From Octopus vulgaris (taxonomy: Eukaryota), in the NCBI GenBank assembly GCA_951406725.2, contig OX597815.1, positions 182,652,001-182,716,000 on the forward strand: a stretch of DNA of 64,000 nt, written 5' to 3'. The notes beneath the pieces were generated by a model. It did not search any database. It saw nothing but the letters and a program-made list of their open reading frames with translations, and was not told the DNA's origin. Shown here in pieces: positions 41,553 to 54,314 of the stretch. Position numbers and translations under genes: made by a program. Each line of letters begins with the position of its first letter. Within the stretch, counting starts at the first letter, position 1.

Positions 41553-41664
41553 ATATATATATATTACTGTGTACATACACACATATATATATATAAGCAT
41601 ATATGTGTGTGTATATATATATATATACCTGTTAAAATGTCTTATTGACGAGTTTCGTTTCTTC

Positions 41665-41753
41665 ATTTCCCCGAAGAGAAGATTACATTGTTTTACTGAA
41701 TTTTATTCCTTTGGAATAATAACTGTGATATCTTCAAAACATGTGTCGGAAGT
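41665..41753 (+). ncRNA. Mutated H1-related hammerhead relic
   Basis: ATTTCC-CCGAAGA-GAAGAT..ATCTTC-AAAA-CATGT-GTC-GGAAGT; two core substitutions. Confidence 0.5.
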
Positions 41754-41797
41754 AAAATAACTTGAATGACACCTGTGTTTAACTCCATTTATTTATT

Positions 41798-41849
<52 letters not shown>

Positions 41850-42244
41850 TTTGTGTGTGTGTGTGTGTGTGTGTCGAAACCATAATGATATCCGTGGGGC
41901 AACTGATGATGCAGATGTAAGAGTCGGAATCTATACGTATATTACAAAACATTTTTTTAAATGAATTTCCTCGGAAACCATATATATTTATTCTTATAAT
42001 TGTTATTTACTCTTATTGAATTTCTTAAACATTTACACCTCGCTTCCCTGCATGAAACGCTTGACTAAAAATAATCGTGATTGCCGACTGAAGAAAGGGC
42101 AAATTCCAATATAATCTATTTAATTACCGAAATAATTTATCACTTTCGTAAACACAAGCCCTCACCTTTCTTTTTATATATGCATGTGTTTCTCTCTTAG
42201 TGTGTGTGTGTGCGTATGTTTATGTATGTGTATGTATATTTAAC

Positions 42245-42280
<36 letters not shown>

Positions 42281-42282
42281 TA

Positions 42283-42690
42283 GTCGCAGGCGTGGCTGTG
42301 TTGTGAGAATCTTGCTTCCCAGTCCCATGGTTCCCGTTTCAGTTCCACTGTGTGGCACCTTGGGTGAGTATCTACTACTATAGCTTCGGGCCGACCAAGG
42401 CTTGTGAATGAATTTTGTTGATGGAAACTAAAAGAAGCCCGTTGTATGTGTGTGTGTATCTGTGTGTGTTTGTGTGTCTGTGTTTTACCCCTTGCCATCG
42501 TTTGACAACTGATAGTGGTGTATTGATGTCCTCGTAACTTAACCTTTCGGCAAAAGACCGGTAGCATAGGTACTAGGCTTACTAAGAATAAGTCCTGAGG
42601 TCGATTACTTTGACTAAAACCATTTAAGGTGGTACTCCAGCATGGCCGCAGTCAAATGACTGAAACAAGTACAAAAAAGAATAAAAAGAA
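42283..42690 (+). mobile_element. SINE family C, full length
   Basis: Same organisation as 41154. Confidence 0.85.
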
Positions 42691-42711
42691 TATATATGTA
42701 GAGAGAGGGGG

Positions 42712-42782
<71 letters not shown>

Positions 42783-42787
42783 CAGAC

Positions 42788-42861
<74 letters not shown>

Positions 42862-42874
42862 GTAGGTAGGTAGG

Positions 42875-42965
<91 letters not shown>

Positions 42966-42978
42966 GTAGGTAGGTAGG

Positions 42979-43049
<71 letters not shown>

Positions 43050-43062
43050 GTAGGTAGGTAGG

Positions 43063-43134
<72 letters not shown>

Positions 43135-43143
43135 CAGACAGAT
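42712..43143. repeat. (GATA)n with recurring (GGTA)n blocks
   Basis: Direct reading. Confidence 0.95.
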
Positions 43144-43189
43144 ATGTATGTGGTTATTTATCTATGTACGCATATATATTTGAAATTTA

Positions 43190-43345
43190 AAGAAAAACAA
43201 ACGACGAAGACAGGTATATGAACAAGAAGCAGGTTTATTAATTTGACGCTCGGGAAAGTGAGTCAATTTTTTAACGTTTCGAGCCTAGGCTCTTCAACAG
43301 AAAGGTATAAGAGAAAATATACAGAGAGAATAAAAAAACTTGTGG
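43190..43345 (-). mobile_element. Penelope-type pLTR fragment with variant hammerhead (43269-43305)
   Basis: TTT-CTGTTGA-A-GAGC ctag GCTC-GAAA-CGTT-AAA. Confidence 0.5.
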
Positions 43346-43456
43346 ATTTATCGGTCAAGACACCGTTGCATGCTGCATACAAGCTACTTTTTCCATCTTC
43401 TTAAAATAAACGTACATGCCATCACACTTATTCACACTCACATTCATTTATTGATA

Positions 43457-43530
<74 letters not shown>

Positions 43531-43704
43531 AATGAGTGTGTGTCTGTATGTATATGTATGTATACAAAGAAATACAGATGTAGCAAATACCATACGAAGT
43601 ATATGATTGATTTATTAAACTATCTCTGCTTCTAGACAATGTGTCACAATTAGCAAACGGCAATTGTGAACAGTTTCTTATGACAAAGGAATTTATCATC
43701 ACCA

Positions 43705-43970
43705 CAGTTAAGGTGCTGCACTTACGATTGCGAGATTGTGTGTTCGAATCCCACACCGTGCGTTGCGTTGTATTCTTGAGCAAAGCACTTCATTTCACGT
43801 TCCCGTTGCTCTGCGATCATTTCTACATCTGACATATGGCACCCGGTGCATCTGCACATGTAAAGCCGATCTGATGATGGGAGTGAGCTTATGTCTACAC
43901 AAACATTTGCTCACTATAAACAAATCATTTGTGTGGTTGTTCGGCAAAATATGGTTGAACCCTAACGAAG
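43705..43970 (+). mobile_element. Old CORE-type SINE
   Basis: GTTCGAATCCC B-box, TTCTTGAGCAAAGCACTTCATTTCACG. Confidence 0.6.
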
Positions 43971-44622
43971 TGAGAGTCTATCATACATATATATATATAT
44001 ATATATATAAATTAAATTAGAGATAAAACCACTATTAGGCAAATAAAACAGTGAAAAACATAAAACAAAACATAAAAATAAATATAATTAATTTAATATA
44101 CAAAATATATAAAATCTAAAATTTAAAATTAAATTATTTCAATTTAAAATTTTTAATTTATATTTATAAATTTTTATATTTTTTTTAGTTTTTAAATTTT
44201 AAATTTATAAATTTTTTAACTTTATTTTTTTAATATTTATATTTACTTATTTATTAATTTTTTTTATATAACTATCAAAGAGGTATTAAAAAGTTTGATA
44301 TAATATAATAATGTATATATATATGTATACAGTTATGTGCTTTGACTACAGTATTAGAGCCTTTTAGCTCTTATTTCTAGCAATGTAGGTGTTCTAACAC
44401 TCGTAGTCACATTTAGTGACAATTATAGTTTTTTTCTTTCTGGTAACACATTGCGCACAGCTATCTATATTAATTTTTTGTCATTCATATGTGTGTGTCT
44501 ATGTGAGTTTTTGTGTATGTGTATCATACATACACACACACATAACTGTTCACCCTCTGTTGTTGATGTAGGTCTTTTAACACGCTTACTGGCTAATCGT
44601 GACACCAGCGCTTGTTCTGGCA

Positions 44623-44773
44623 CTGGTTTACTATATATCGCTGAAGGGGAGATGAGTCGCTGCTATCTCTAGCGGTTGAGCATCCGTTATTGACGAGACC
44701 AAGGAAGGTGATCTGGTGGTCTCGGTGCTGCTGGTAGCGGGGATGTATCTCTCCGCTAGCGATATAAACACAG
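44623..44773 (+). other. Long imperfect GC-rich hairpin
   Basis: Five nested stems: TATCGCT/AGCGATA, GGGGAGAT/ATCTCTCC, CGCTGCTA/TGGTAGCG, AGCATC/GGTGCT, GAGACCA/TGGTCTC. Confidence 0.65.
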
Positions 44774-44911
44774 AGGGCATTCCGCACCAAAAGCCAATAT
44801 GAGACGTTCTCTAATAGCATTTACCGCATTATAGTTTGTTCTAAGAGAACATCCACGTTTACGTTGTATAAATGTTACTCCACTTTATATATACTTTATT
44901 CTTATCTACAA

Positions 44912-45303
44912 CTAGCAGCATCGCCCGGCGTTGCTCGGGTTTGTAAGGGAAATAACTATGTAAGCATTTTTAGAGATGTAAAGTATAATAGCCATCTCAA
45001 TATGGCTAACCTCAAAGGGGGGGTGTTACTGTAGCTTTTTACGTTCTGAGATTTAATAATACATTTTTAGAGAGTTACTTCCCTTATATAATAGAAACAA
45101 AATGCATTAAAATGGGGAAAAATGATGGACATTTTTTTTTTAATCGTAGACTCATCGTAGACGCGCGCTAATACCCAGAAGGGCTCGATATGAATCACGA
45201 CTATAAGATACCCGCTTTTGGTTACACTGCACCCAAAAATGTGGGAGTAGTTAGGAATCTAAATCGTAGGAGACACACACAACTTCACTTTTATATATAA
45301 AGA
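44912..45303 (-). mobile_element. Non-autonomous Helitron
   Basis: A|TCTTTATATATAAAA..CCCGAGCAACGCCGGG..CTAG|T. Confidence 0.8.
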
Positions 45304-45867
45304 TATCTATAAGTGAACACTTCCTATGCATATGTCTTAGAAATTCAACCATATTCACACATATAATCTGTTGTAGTTGAAAATTTATTTATTAAGGAAT
45401 ATGTCTGTCATGTAATTATTTTCTAAAGATCTCAGTGAACTTTATAAAACACATTCTGACATATGATATTCTCTGTAAAATGTATTGAATATAAGATTCC
45501 TATCTGAGAGTTAGTTGTGTTTAATTTCACTTATATCAATTTGCATTCGTGACCATATACTTAACTATTATCATTTTCTTCTTGTTTACTTTGTACTTTA
45601 CTTGGTTTTATGACCATTGTTACATTCATAGCTTTGGAAACTAAACTTTTGTAATTAAGACGATACCAATACTGATAACAAAAATAAAGATAAAAATCGA
45701 GACTACGAATTACTGTCTTCTTCATGCAGTTTTTCTTTTTATTTCTTCGCCTAGAAATATCGTATAAGAATTATTGTTTTAAAATTCCTGCCATTATAAC
45801 TTAGCAAATGCTTGTTTGTCAATTTTCAAATCCAACATTACTTCTAGTCACATATATATTCATAAAT

Positions 45868-46175
45868 GTGGAGGCGCAATGGCCTAGTGGTTAGGGCAGC
45901 GGACTCGCGATCGTAGGATCGCGGTTTCGATTCCCAGAACGGGCGTTGTGAGTGTTTATTGAGCGAAAACATCTAAAACTCCACGAGGCTCAGGCAGGGG
46001 GTGGTGGTGATCCCTGCTGTACTCTTTCACCACAACTTTCTCTCACTCTTTCTTCTGTTGGCCTGCTCGCTTAGCCAGCGGGGTGGCGTCATTTAAGTCT
46101 AAAACAATGTGAAGCGCATTGTGACCAGCGATGTGTAGCAACATCTTATGGTCTGATCGGTCACGTGATCACGTG
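45868..46175 (+). mobile_element. SINE family B head with an alternative tail, 12-bp TSD
   Basis: Intact A-box TGGCCTAGTGG and B-box; tail ends (TCACGTGA)2; TSD ATATTCATAAAT at 45856-45867 and 46176-46187. Confidence 0.85.
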
Positions 46176-46595
46176 ATATTCATAAATATGACGACCATTA
46201 CTGTTCGTCATGTATTTCTTTTTAGCTTTTAATATCTGCCAATAATACACATATGAATACTAACGCAATACTTCGTTATTTATTCCATTTCTTCTTATTC
46301 CTTTCTACCATCAAACATTTAAAACATATTAATATTAACCTTCTGGTTTATACATTTGGAAACCAGTACTTACTACAAGTCGAAAAGTTTTTAAAAATTA
46401 GCTTTTTGCTAACTCAACGATATCATGAGGTTTTCCGATGACCATAGTAACGGGGAAAATTATTAATACTGCAAGAGACAGAAATGTATATATTTTCCCC
46501 TTTATTATATATATGTACACAAATCAGGTTCTATATTTGAGAGATGAGGAATTATTTACATTTGACGGCTATTTGTCCTCATCTTGTTTGTTGTT

Positions 46596-46641
46596 AACAC
46601 AACGTTTCGGCTGATATACCTTCCAGCTTTCATCAGGTGTC
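46596..46641 (-). ncRNA. Minimal type I hammerhead (loopless stem III)
   Basis: GACAC-CTGATGA-AA-GCTGG..TCAGC-C-GAAA-CGTT-GTGTT. Confidence 0.6.
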
Positions 46642-46667
46642 TTGGGAAAATTCTAACTGGACCCCCA

Positions 46668-47049
46668 CCTTGCAGGTGGGGCCCCGGTTAGAATTTCTTC
46701 GGGTCGAGTAGCCCACTCCGCTCAAAGGGTCCTTCAATAAGGGTTGTTTAAGGATGTTGAATAAAGCACCCATGTTTCCAGAAGTGAATTAATCCAACCC
46801 CAAAGAATCCCTCTCAGCACATGGCTATGATGCTCCCCTACTACTCCTGCTCGTGATCAAATATCGTCAGCCATTAAGGGGCATGCTCAACTGGTTAAGG
46901 TCAAATAAATGACTAGCGAATCTGTGGTATTGAGCAGAATATTTGCTGTAGCCCATCTTTTATACCAAGACAAAACAATGTAGATGATAACACTTCCAAT
47001 CAGTTGAGGTGAGAAGCCATGAAACCCAATGCCTTATACTGCATCAGGG
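46668..47049 (-). mobile_element. (TAA)-type unclassified repeat, 5' two-thirds
   Basis: Homology to 14229-14772. Confidence 0.8.
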
Positions 47050-47051
47050 CA

Positions 47052-47256
47052 GCGGCGGTGTGCTAGCAGAATCGTTAGCTCACCGAACAAAACGCTTAGT
47101 GGTATTTCGTTTGTCGCTACGTTCTGAGTTCGATTTGGCCGTTCATCCTTTGGGAGTCGATAAATTAAGTACCAATGAAACACTCGAGTCGATGCAATCG
47201 ACTAGTCCCCTCCCCTAAAAAAAAATCAAGCCTTCTGCCTATGGTAGAAATGATTA
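47052..47256 (+). mobile_element. SINE family A, older copy
   Basis: Head and central domain homology. Confidence 0.7.
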
Positions 47257-48047
47257 TTTATATATGTGACGAGAGAGATAGAGTAATGAAATATTCCTAT
47301 AAGTAATTTTATTCAGAAATATTGCAAGAAGTGCCACACACCTGAATAGGAAGAAGTTTGCGGCTGCGTGGGCAGTTGCTCTTGAGTTTCTGTTTATAAA
47401 TACGAAAATGGAAATAAATAAATGAAACCCAATTAGGAGACCAAGTTATTAAATTTTCAAATACCAACTAATAAGTCTGATTAGATTGATTGTAAACTAT
47501 ATTAGTATATTACATACGAAACGAAGGACGTATGTGAATTTTATAGCAAAATTATAATTTTTATATCGCTTAAATGGTTATACTTCTTGTTAATATTCTA
47601 ATTTTATTAATAATTTCGATTGCTCTGCATCAGAAATGATGACAGCCCGTGTCATTAAAGTAAACAAACATTTAAACTCATTTCAAATTTAAAGATTTTT
47701 ATAATAAATTCTTTTCTTTCATTTACATCTTTAGATTTTTTGGTATGATACAAAAGGAATAAGACCAACTTAAACATCCGTCGAGCTACACAAGCCTCCT
47801 TAGGTTATGGTTAGTATTTTATTATTTTATTCATATTGAATGTTTTCCGTCTTTTCATTAAATTATAGAAACAGATTTTTGGTTGTTTGCCTACCAGCAT
47901 TTTATTTATTATTAAGCGAGAGCGATTTTCTTCTTTCCTCTTTCTCTGTATTTCTCTTCTTGTCTTTCAGTTGCTTCAATTTCTTCCCCTTTTCTCTTTG
48001 TCTATTTCTTTGTCTGTCTGTTTGTCTCTGTCTGTTTGTCTCTGTCT

Positions 48048-48125
<78 letters not shown>

Positions 48126-48552
48126 ACCTCACTCACTCTCTATCTCTCTTTGAATTTGCTACGATATGTTGCAAAAACGGTCGTCATGATTGCTCACAGA
48201 CTTCATTTGTCCAGAAATGGAAAGAGTTACTTGAAAGCCTGGTAAACACTGATCACAGAAAAGAAAAAGAAAAACTACTGGAACCGTTTAAGTACAACCC
48301 AAGTACAGTACAGCACAAAACGGAAATTAAAAAGAATCGTTCATGAAAAAGTATTTTTATTTTAATTCAAATTATTGCCGTAATTTTGTTATAAATATTC
48401 TACTTTGAAATATATTACACCAAACAAAGAAAATGACACCAAAAGGAAAGAAAAAAAATATTAAAGCAGTGTCTCATAAAAAAAACGGATTTTAATATAT
48501 ATTTGTATCGTATATTGTAATGAATATTGTAGGTAGCATATACCATAAATTA

Positions 48553-48912
48553 TTACATCACATAATTAACAAGATCATGTGAACATATAACATCTGCATC
48601 AATAATGGTTTTCGGGCGATTCTTGTACATTGATCCTTTACTTGCTCCCCAGAAAAAAAAGTCTGGCGGTGTTAAATCAGGTGTTTTTGGTGGCCAAAGT
48701 CCCTTCGAAATAATCCGTTCACCGAAAAACTCTTGAGGTAGCGCCACGGTGATGCGCGAAGTATATGTTGTAACTCCATCTTGCTGAAAGTATGCATTAT
48801 TAATTTCAATTTCAGTGAGTTGGCCTACAAATCGATAGACAATATTTGAGCAATGTCTCTCAGTGTTGATGGTGTCTTCAAAGATTTTATTGCGGAAAGA
48901 CTTTTTGAACAA
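48553..48912 (-). mobile_element. Tc1/mariner transposase catalytic-domain relic (rosa/maT-like DDxD)
   Basis: YFQQDG..WPPKTPDLTPPDFFFWG..K..MYKNRPKT. Confidence 0.85.
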
Positions 48913-49134
48913 CCAAGAGATATGATAAAATAATACAGATTATTTGTATGCTACAAATTATTAATTATCTAAACAATTTCACATTGAGGAGCTTTGGACT
49001 ATGAACGTACTTGAAGAAAGATCTGTATTTACATCTGCGAATAGTTCATATTCACAAGTATCTATACACACTTACAGGCTCACACACATATATACACTCA
49101 TACACACATATCTTTATCAGTATCATCATCATCC

Positions 49135-49181
<47 letters not shown>

Positions 49182-49192
49182 GTTATTATTAT

Positions 49193-49334
49193 TCCTCCGT
49201 AACGCTGTGTAGGTAAAAATTCACCGGAGTCTTTAGCCATCTATCAAGTCGCATGAAGGACCTCAGATGTGCTCTGTGCCCAATAAGGCTGCTTTTTTGC
49301 AAGACATCAATCTTGCATGAGATATCCACTTGCC
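49193..49334 (-). mobile_element. Very short R4/Dong 3' end inside (TAA)n
   Basis: Frameshifted VLQK(A)ALLGTEHI (cf. LQKAALLGTAHILR), short UTR, (TAA)n on both sides. Confidence 0.7.
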
Positions 49335-49343
49335 TTATTATCA

Positions 49344-49380
<37 letters not shown>

Positions 49381-49383
49381 TAC

Positions 49384-49450
<67 letters not shown>

Positions 49451-49965
49451 GAGTGAGAGAGCAGTTCATGCCATCAAAGTGACACTGGGGTAAAATATAC
49501 GAAGCCCAATATACCCATCATGACTACCCGTCCGATAAAGGTACACCAGGCACATGCATCACAAACATATGTGCGCGACATGGTGATCTCATATCAAGAT
49601 AAACAGCACATGACCTTGCAGGTGGGGCCCAGTAAGAATTTTCTTCAGGTTGAGTAGCCCATCCCGCTCAAAAGGTCCCTGAATAAGGGTTGTTTAAGGA
49701 TGTTGAAAGAACCACCCATGTTTCCAGAGGTGAATTATTCAAACCCCAAAGAATCCCTCTCAACACATGACTATGATGCTCCCCCACTACTTCTGCTCGT
49801 GATCAGAGATGCACATATCGTCAGCCACTAAGGGACATGCTCAACTGGTTAAGGTCAAACAACTGACAAGCAAATCTGTTGTATTGAGCAGAATATTTGC
49901 TGTAGCCCATCTTTTATACCAAGACAAAACAATGTACATGATAACACTTCCAATCAGTTAAGATC
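49451..49965 (-). mobile_element. (TAA)-targeted unclassified repeat, near full length
   Basis: Homology to the 14229 copy; (TTA)n on both sides. Confidence 0.85.
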
Positions 49966-50017
<52 letters not shown>

Positions 50018-50018
50018 T

Positions 50019-50104
50019 GAGTGAGAGCAGTGCATGCCATCAAAGTGACACTGGGGTAAAATATACGAAGCCCAGTATACCCATCATGACTTCCCGTCTG
50101 ATAA
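50019..50104 (-). mobile_element. (TAA)-targeted repeat, 3' fragment
   Basis: Same 3' terminus as the other copies. Confidence 0.8.
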
Positions 50105-51250
50105 GAGAAACATTCTCAGAATAGGTGCTTCGGTTGTGCTGATTAACAAAGGGCCAGTCAAAGGTCCTTTTTTCATCACCTTGAACGAATGAAATTTAAA
50201 ACTCTATCCTGCGTGATTTGTTCACATGATTGAAAAGTCATAATTAAGTATTGCAACTTTCTTTTTGGCTGCTATCCACTTCTGTCTACCAGAGTAAGAG
50301 TAAAATCTTATTGAGTAAATGTTAACATATTTGACGTGATGTTAATGAATAAATATTTAGTTTTCGTAATTAATACACCCTAAGACGAAGTCTGCGAGTT
50401 ATTGCATTGTATTATCAACTAATTCTAATTAAAACAATTTATTTGTCATACCTATTAAACTAATATCTCTACGCTGGGTTTCAGAGATAAAACACTAGAC
50501 TTTTAATTATCTAAATGGTTATTAGAAAGATCAGTCAGATGGAAAAACATAATAGCTTGCTAACTAAACGCTGTAACACACCGGCATAATTGTGGTTCTG
50601 TGTCCATTATGAAGGGACTTATACAGTATCTGTCTAGCGAAAAATAAACATAAATCGAAGACGACACAGTTTCCCGCTGAAAGTAACAGAAGTACTAGTT
50701 GTAATGCTTTCAAGTTCTTTAATAGATTTTCAACGTGACCCACGTACCGATAGAGGAGGAGAACTGCTTCAATTATTGTTTACTGACACTTCATAATTGT
50801 GGACTTCCTTTCACTATAAATATAATGTGCTATAATCTTAAACAAGAAAAATCTCTTTCAAACTTTATTCAATGATTAAGAAAGCTATGATATTCAGAAT
50901 AATCATTATTCATTTAGAGGAAACGACAATAAATCGTAAAATAATTTAATATCCTAAGATACAAAATTGCACCCTTCATTCACCTCAATCCTAATATACT
51001 TCAGTACGAAATACAATACATAAATTTCAGTACACTTTTGTGAACATAACGTTATCTGCTCTTGATTATAGCTGAATTCAATTGACATTTGGTCACATTT
51101 TTCAATATCTGAGAGTAAATTTCGGGAACAACCATTCTGTAATTCAAAATCAGGGGGCGTTTTGAGGACTTCAGTATTTTAATCCTTCATTTTCGTAGGG
51201 GACCCAATCTCTCTAATCACCACCTCTCTTTCTTTTTTCTTTTTTTTAAT

Positions 51251-51658
51251 TGTTTCAGTCATTTGACTGTGGCCATGCTGGAGCACCGCCTTTAGTCGAG
51301 CAAATCGACCCCAGGACTTATTCTTTGTAAGCCTAGTAATTATTCTATCGGTCTCTTTTTGCCGAACCGCTAAGTTACGGGGACGTAAACACACTCAGTA
51401 TCGGTTGTCAAACGATGTTGGTGGGACAAACACAGACACACAAACATATACATACACACATACATATACATATATATATATATATATATAAATATATACA
51501 TATATACGACGGGCTTCTCTTAGTTTCCGTCTACCAAATCGACTCACAAGGCTATGGTCGGCCCGAGGCTATAGTAGAAGACATTTGCCCAAGTGGGACT
51601 GAATCCAGAACCATGTGGTTGGTAAGCAAACTACTTACCACACAGACACTCCTACGCC
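51251..51658 (-). mobile_element. SINE family C, full length
   Basis: Reverse complement of the 42283 copy. Confidence 0.85.
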
Positions 51659-52655
51659 TACCACCGTTTATTTATTTAAAATATCAAAGCTATGATACTG
51701 TTTGAATTGGTAATTCTATTTGAATTGGTAGGTAAGTATTACATTATGTTCTAAGTTCAATCTTTTTTCAGGTTACGTTGATAAAATTTGCTCGACTCGT
51801 CCACTGGTACATATTTGTCTAATAGTATATTCTTTCAGTCATTCGCTTAACGTTATGACGGTTAGAGTCCATTGACAAAAAGAAGTCGAAAATATTGTAC
51901 TCTGATATTTAACAGATTACTATATACGTGAGGATGCAACATAACACTGCTTTTGTTTTGGCTAATGGAAGCCCAATCACTGGCATGGACACACACAGAC
52001 ACACGGACACACACGTATATGCATGTATGCTTAATAGGTTTCTGCACAGTCTCTGCTTACCAAATTCTTCCCATACATTATAATAGTGTATAATTACCCA
52101 ATATGATGCGCTTAGGTAACTGACCATAAATCACCGGCATCTGAAATGGAACATGTCTGCACCTTACAAACGTACCACATGTCTCAAAGAAGTAACATCC
52201 AATCAAACCAATGCGACAAAATTTCATGACCTGTGACACGAAAATAAATCTTAAAAGCAATACCATTCCTTAGTTTTAACAACTACCATGATTAGCTTTT
52301 TTCATTGCAGTTAGATTTTTAATATACTTCAAATGACATGAATTATATGCAATATTTTGTCATGGCTCCACAAAATATTTCAGATCTTGTAAAGAATCAA
52401 TTTTACAATATCCATTATTATTACAGAAGCAAACTGAAACTATGGGAAGGTTGCCGACAGATTAAAGAGTAAAGCAATGATGCGCTGTTCCATGCCATGC
52501 AGAAACGTTTCATTTATCTATATTTAATGGTCCAAACATTTATTTCTTTGGAGAGACAATACGTGGAATTAACGACGAATTACTAAGTTAATGCCATACG
52601 AAAAAATGTAATTTATATTTATAGCTTTGGGATTCTAGGGTTCGTTAGAAATTTG

Positions 52656-52713
<58 letters not shown>

Positions 52714-53104
52714 CAATATATTTGCGTGTGTTTGCGTATGTAATTGTAAATGTTGAAATATGGTTGTTTTCCATATACACAAGTCTATATGTATAGGCAT
52801 ACATAGATATGCATATGCGAGTATGCGTTTGTATGACATATATATGTGTTTGTTATATCTACAATGACGGTTATGCTATGCATACGTGCATGAAAGAAAG
52901 AACAAGTATCTTCCATTGAATCTGATCTAAGTCAATTTATATGCAGCGATCAATGATCGCTATGCATATGAAACGAATCCATCGTCCTATTCATATACAA
53001 CTTCTAAACATTTAGAATTTCAAATGTACCTTAAATATGTTCTTTTATTAATGCAATAACTTGCACAACGGAATGATTTTTGATGATGAGAATATGTGCA
53101 TATT

Positions 53105-53172
<68 letters not shown>

Positions 53173-53302
53173 TTCAGTAAAATTTAGATTCAGATGAATA
53201 TGGTACTTAAGTTAAAGGCACCAGAATTTTGTAAGGTATTATCCATATAAATCAAATGGGGTGATTATAATAAAACTATGCAACAAGGATATCCAAGGTA
53301 GA

Positions 53303-53388
53303 GTAGTACAATTGTTTCATGCTACTTCATTTTATTAAACACTGTAAGTATTACATCAGTTTTAAAATGTCGAGCAATCTTCAGCCAC
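53303..53388 (-). ncRNA. Type I hammerhead ribozyme, family H2
   Basis: GTGG-CTGAAGA-tTGCT..CATTTT..AAAATG..AGCAt-GAAA-CAATT-GTA-CTAC. Confidence 0.65.
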
Positions 53389-53785
53389 ATATAGAATTTT
53401 CCAATTAAACGGCCAAGCAGATTCTTATCCTTATTTCATATGCCAATATTACAAAGAGGGTATATATATAGACAGAGAGGTTAATTTCATCATTAAGAAC
53501 ATGATGGTAGTATGTTCATTCTCCGTCTTGACGTAACGGAGCATCTTTTGGTAGAAGCTCTTGCAGTGATCATGAGTTATTTCATCGAACTTTTCAGATA
53601 TCTATTGGTGGGCTCTACTGGACGAGTTAGATAAGATAGACATGTATTCCCTTATGTCTGATGTAGTTTAACTCTTTTTTTTTTTTCATTTTTTTTTTCA
53701 AGGCTTGAGCACCAATTGAAAAATTCAAATTTCATTGCAAAGAATTAATATTAGATGACAAAGAATTCAAACTAGATCGAAAACA

Positions 53786-53876
<91 letters not shown>

Positions 53877-53877
<1 letters not shown>

Positions 53878-54228
53878 GAGGCGGACTCGCGGTCGTAGGA
53901 TCGCGGTTTCGATTCCCAGACCGGGCGTTGTGAGTGTTTATTGAGCGAAAACACCTAAAGCTCCACGAGGCTCCGGTAGGGGATGGTGGTGATCCCTGCT
54001 GTACTCTTTCACCACAACTTTGTCCCACTCTTAGTTCCTGTTTCTGTTGTACCTGTATTTAAAAGGGCCGGCCTTGTCACTCTCTGTGTCACGCTGAATA
54101 TCCCCGAGAACTACGGTAAGGGTACACGTGTCTGTGGAGTACTCAGCGACTTACAGGTTAATTTCACGAGCAGGCTGTTCCGTTGATTGGATCAACCGGA
54201 ACCCTCGTCGTCGTAACCGAAGGAGTGC
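53877..54228 (+). mobile_element. SINE family B
   Basis: Near-complete body; head partly deleted. Confidence 0.85.
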
Positions 54229-54256
54229 TCTTAAATATATATATATATATATATGC

Positions 54257-54314
<58 letters not shown>

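Noticed and set aside
45870-45945. tRNA-Arg-like sequence (also 21875-21946)
   Set aside because: SINE heads continuing into SINE bodies; no proper acceptor stem or terminator
49135-50104. Repeat-spacer-like pattern
   Set aside because: Microsatellite with retroelement insertions in a eukaryote, not CRISPR
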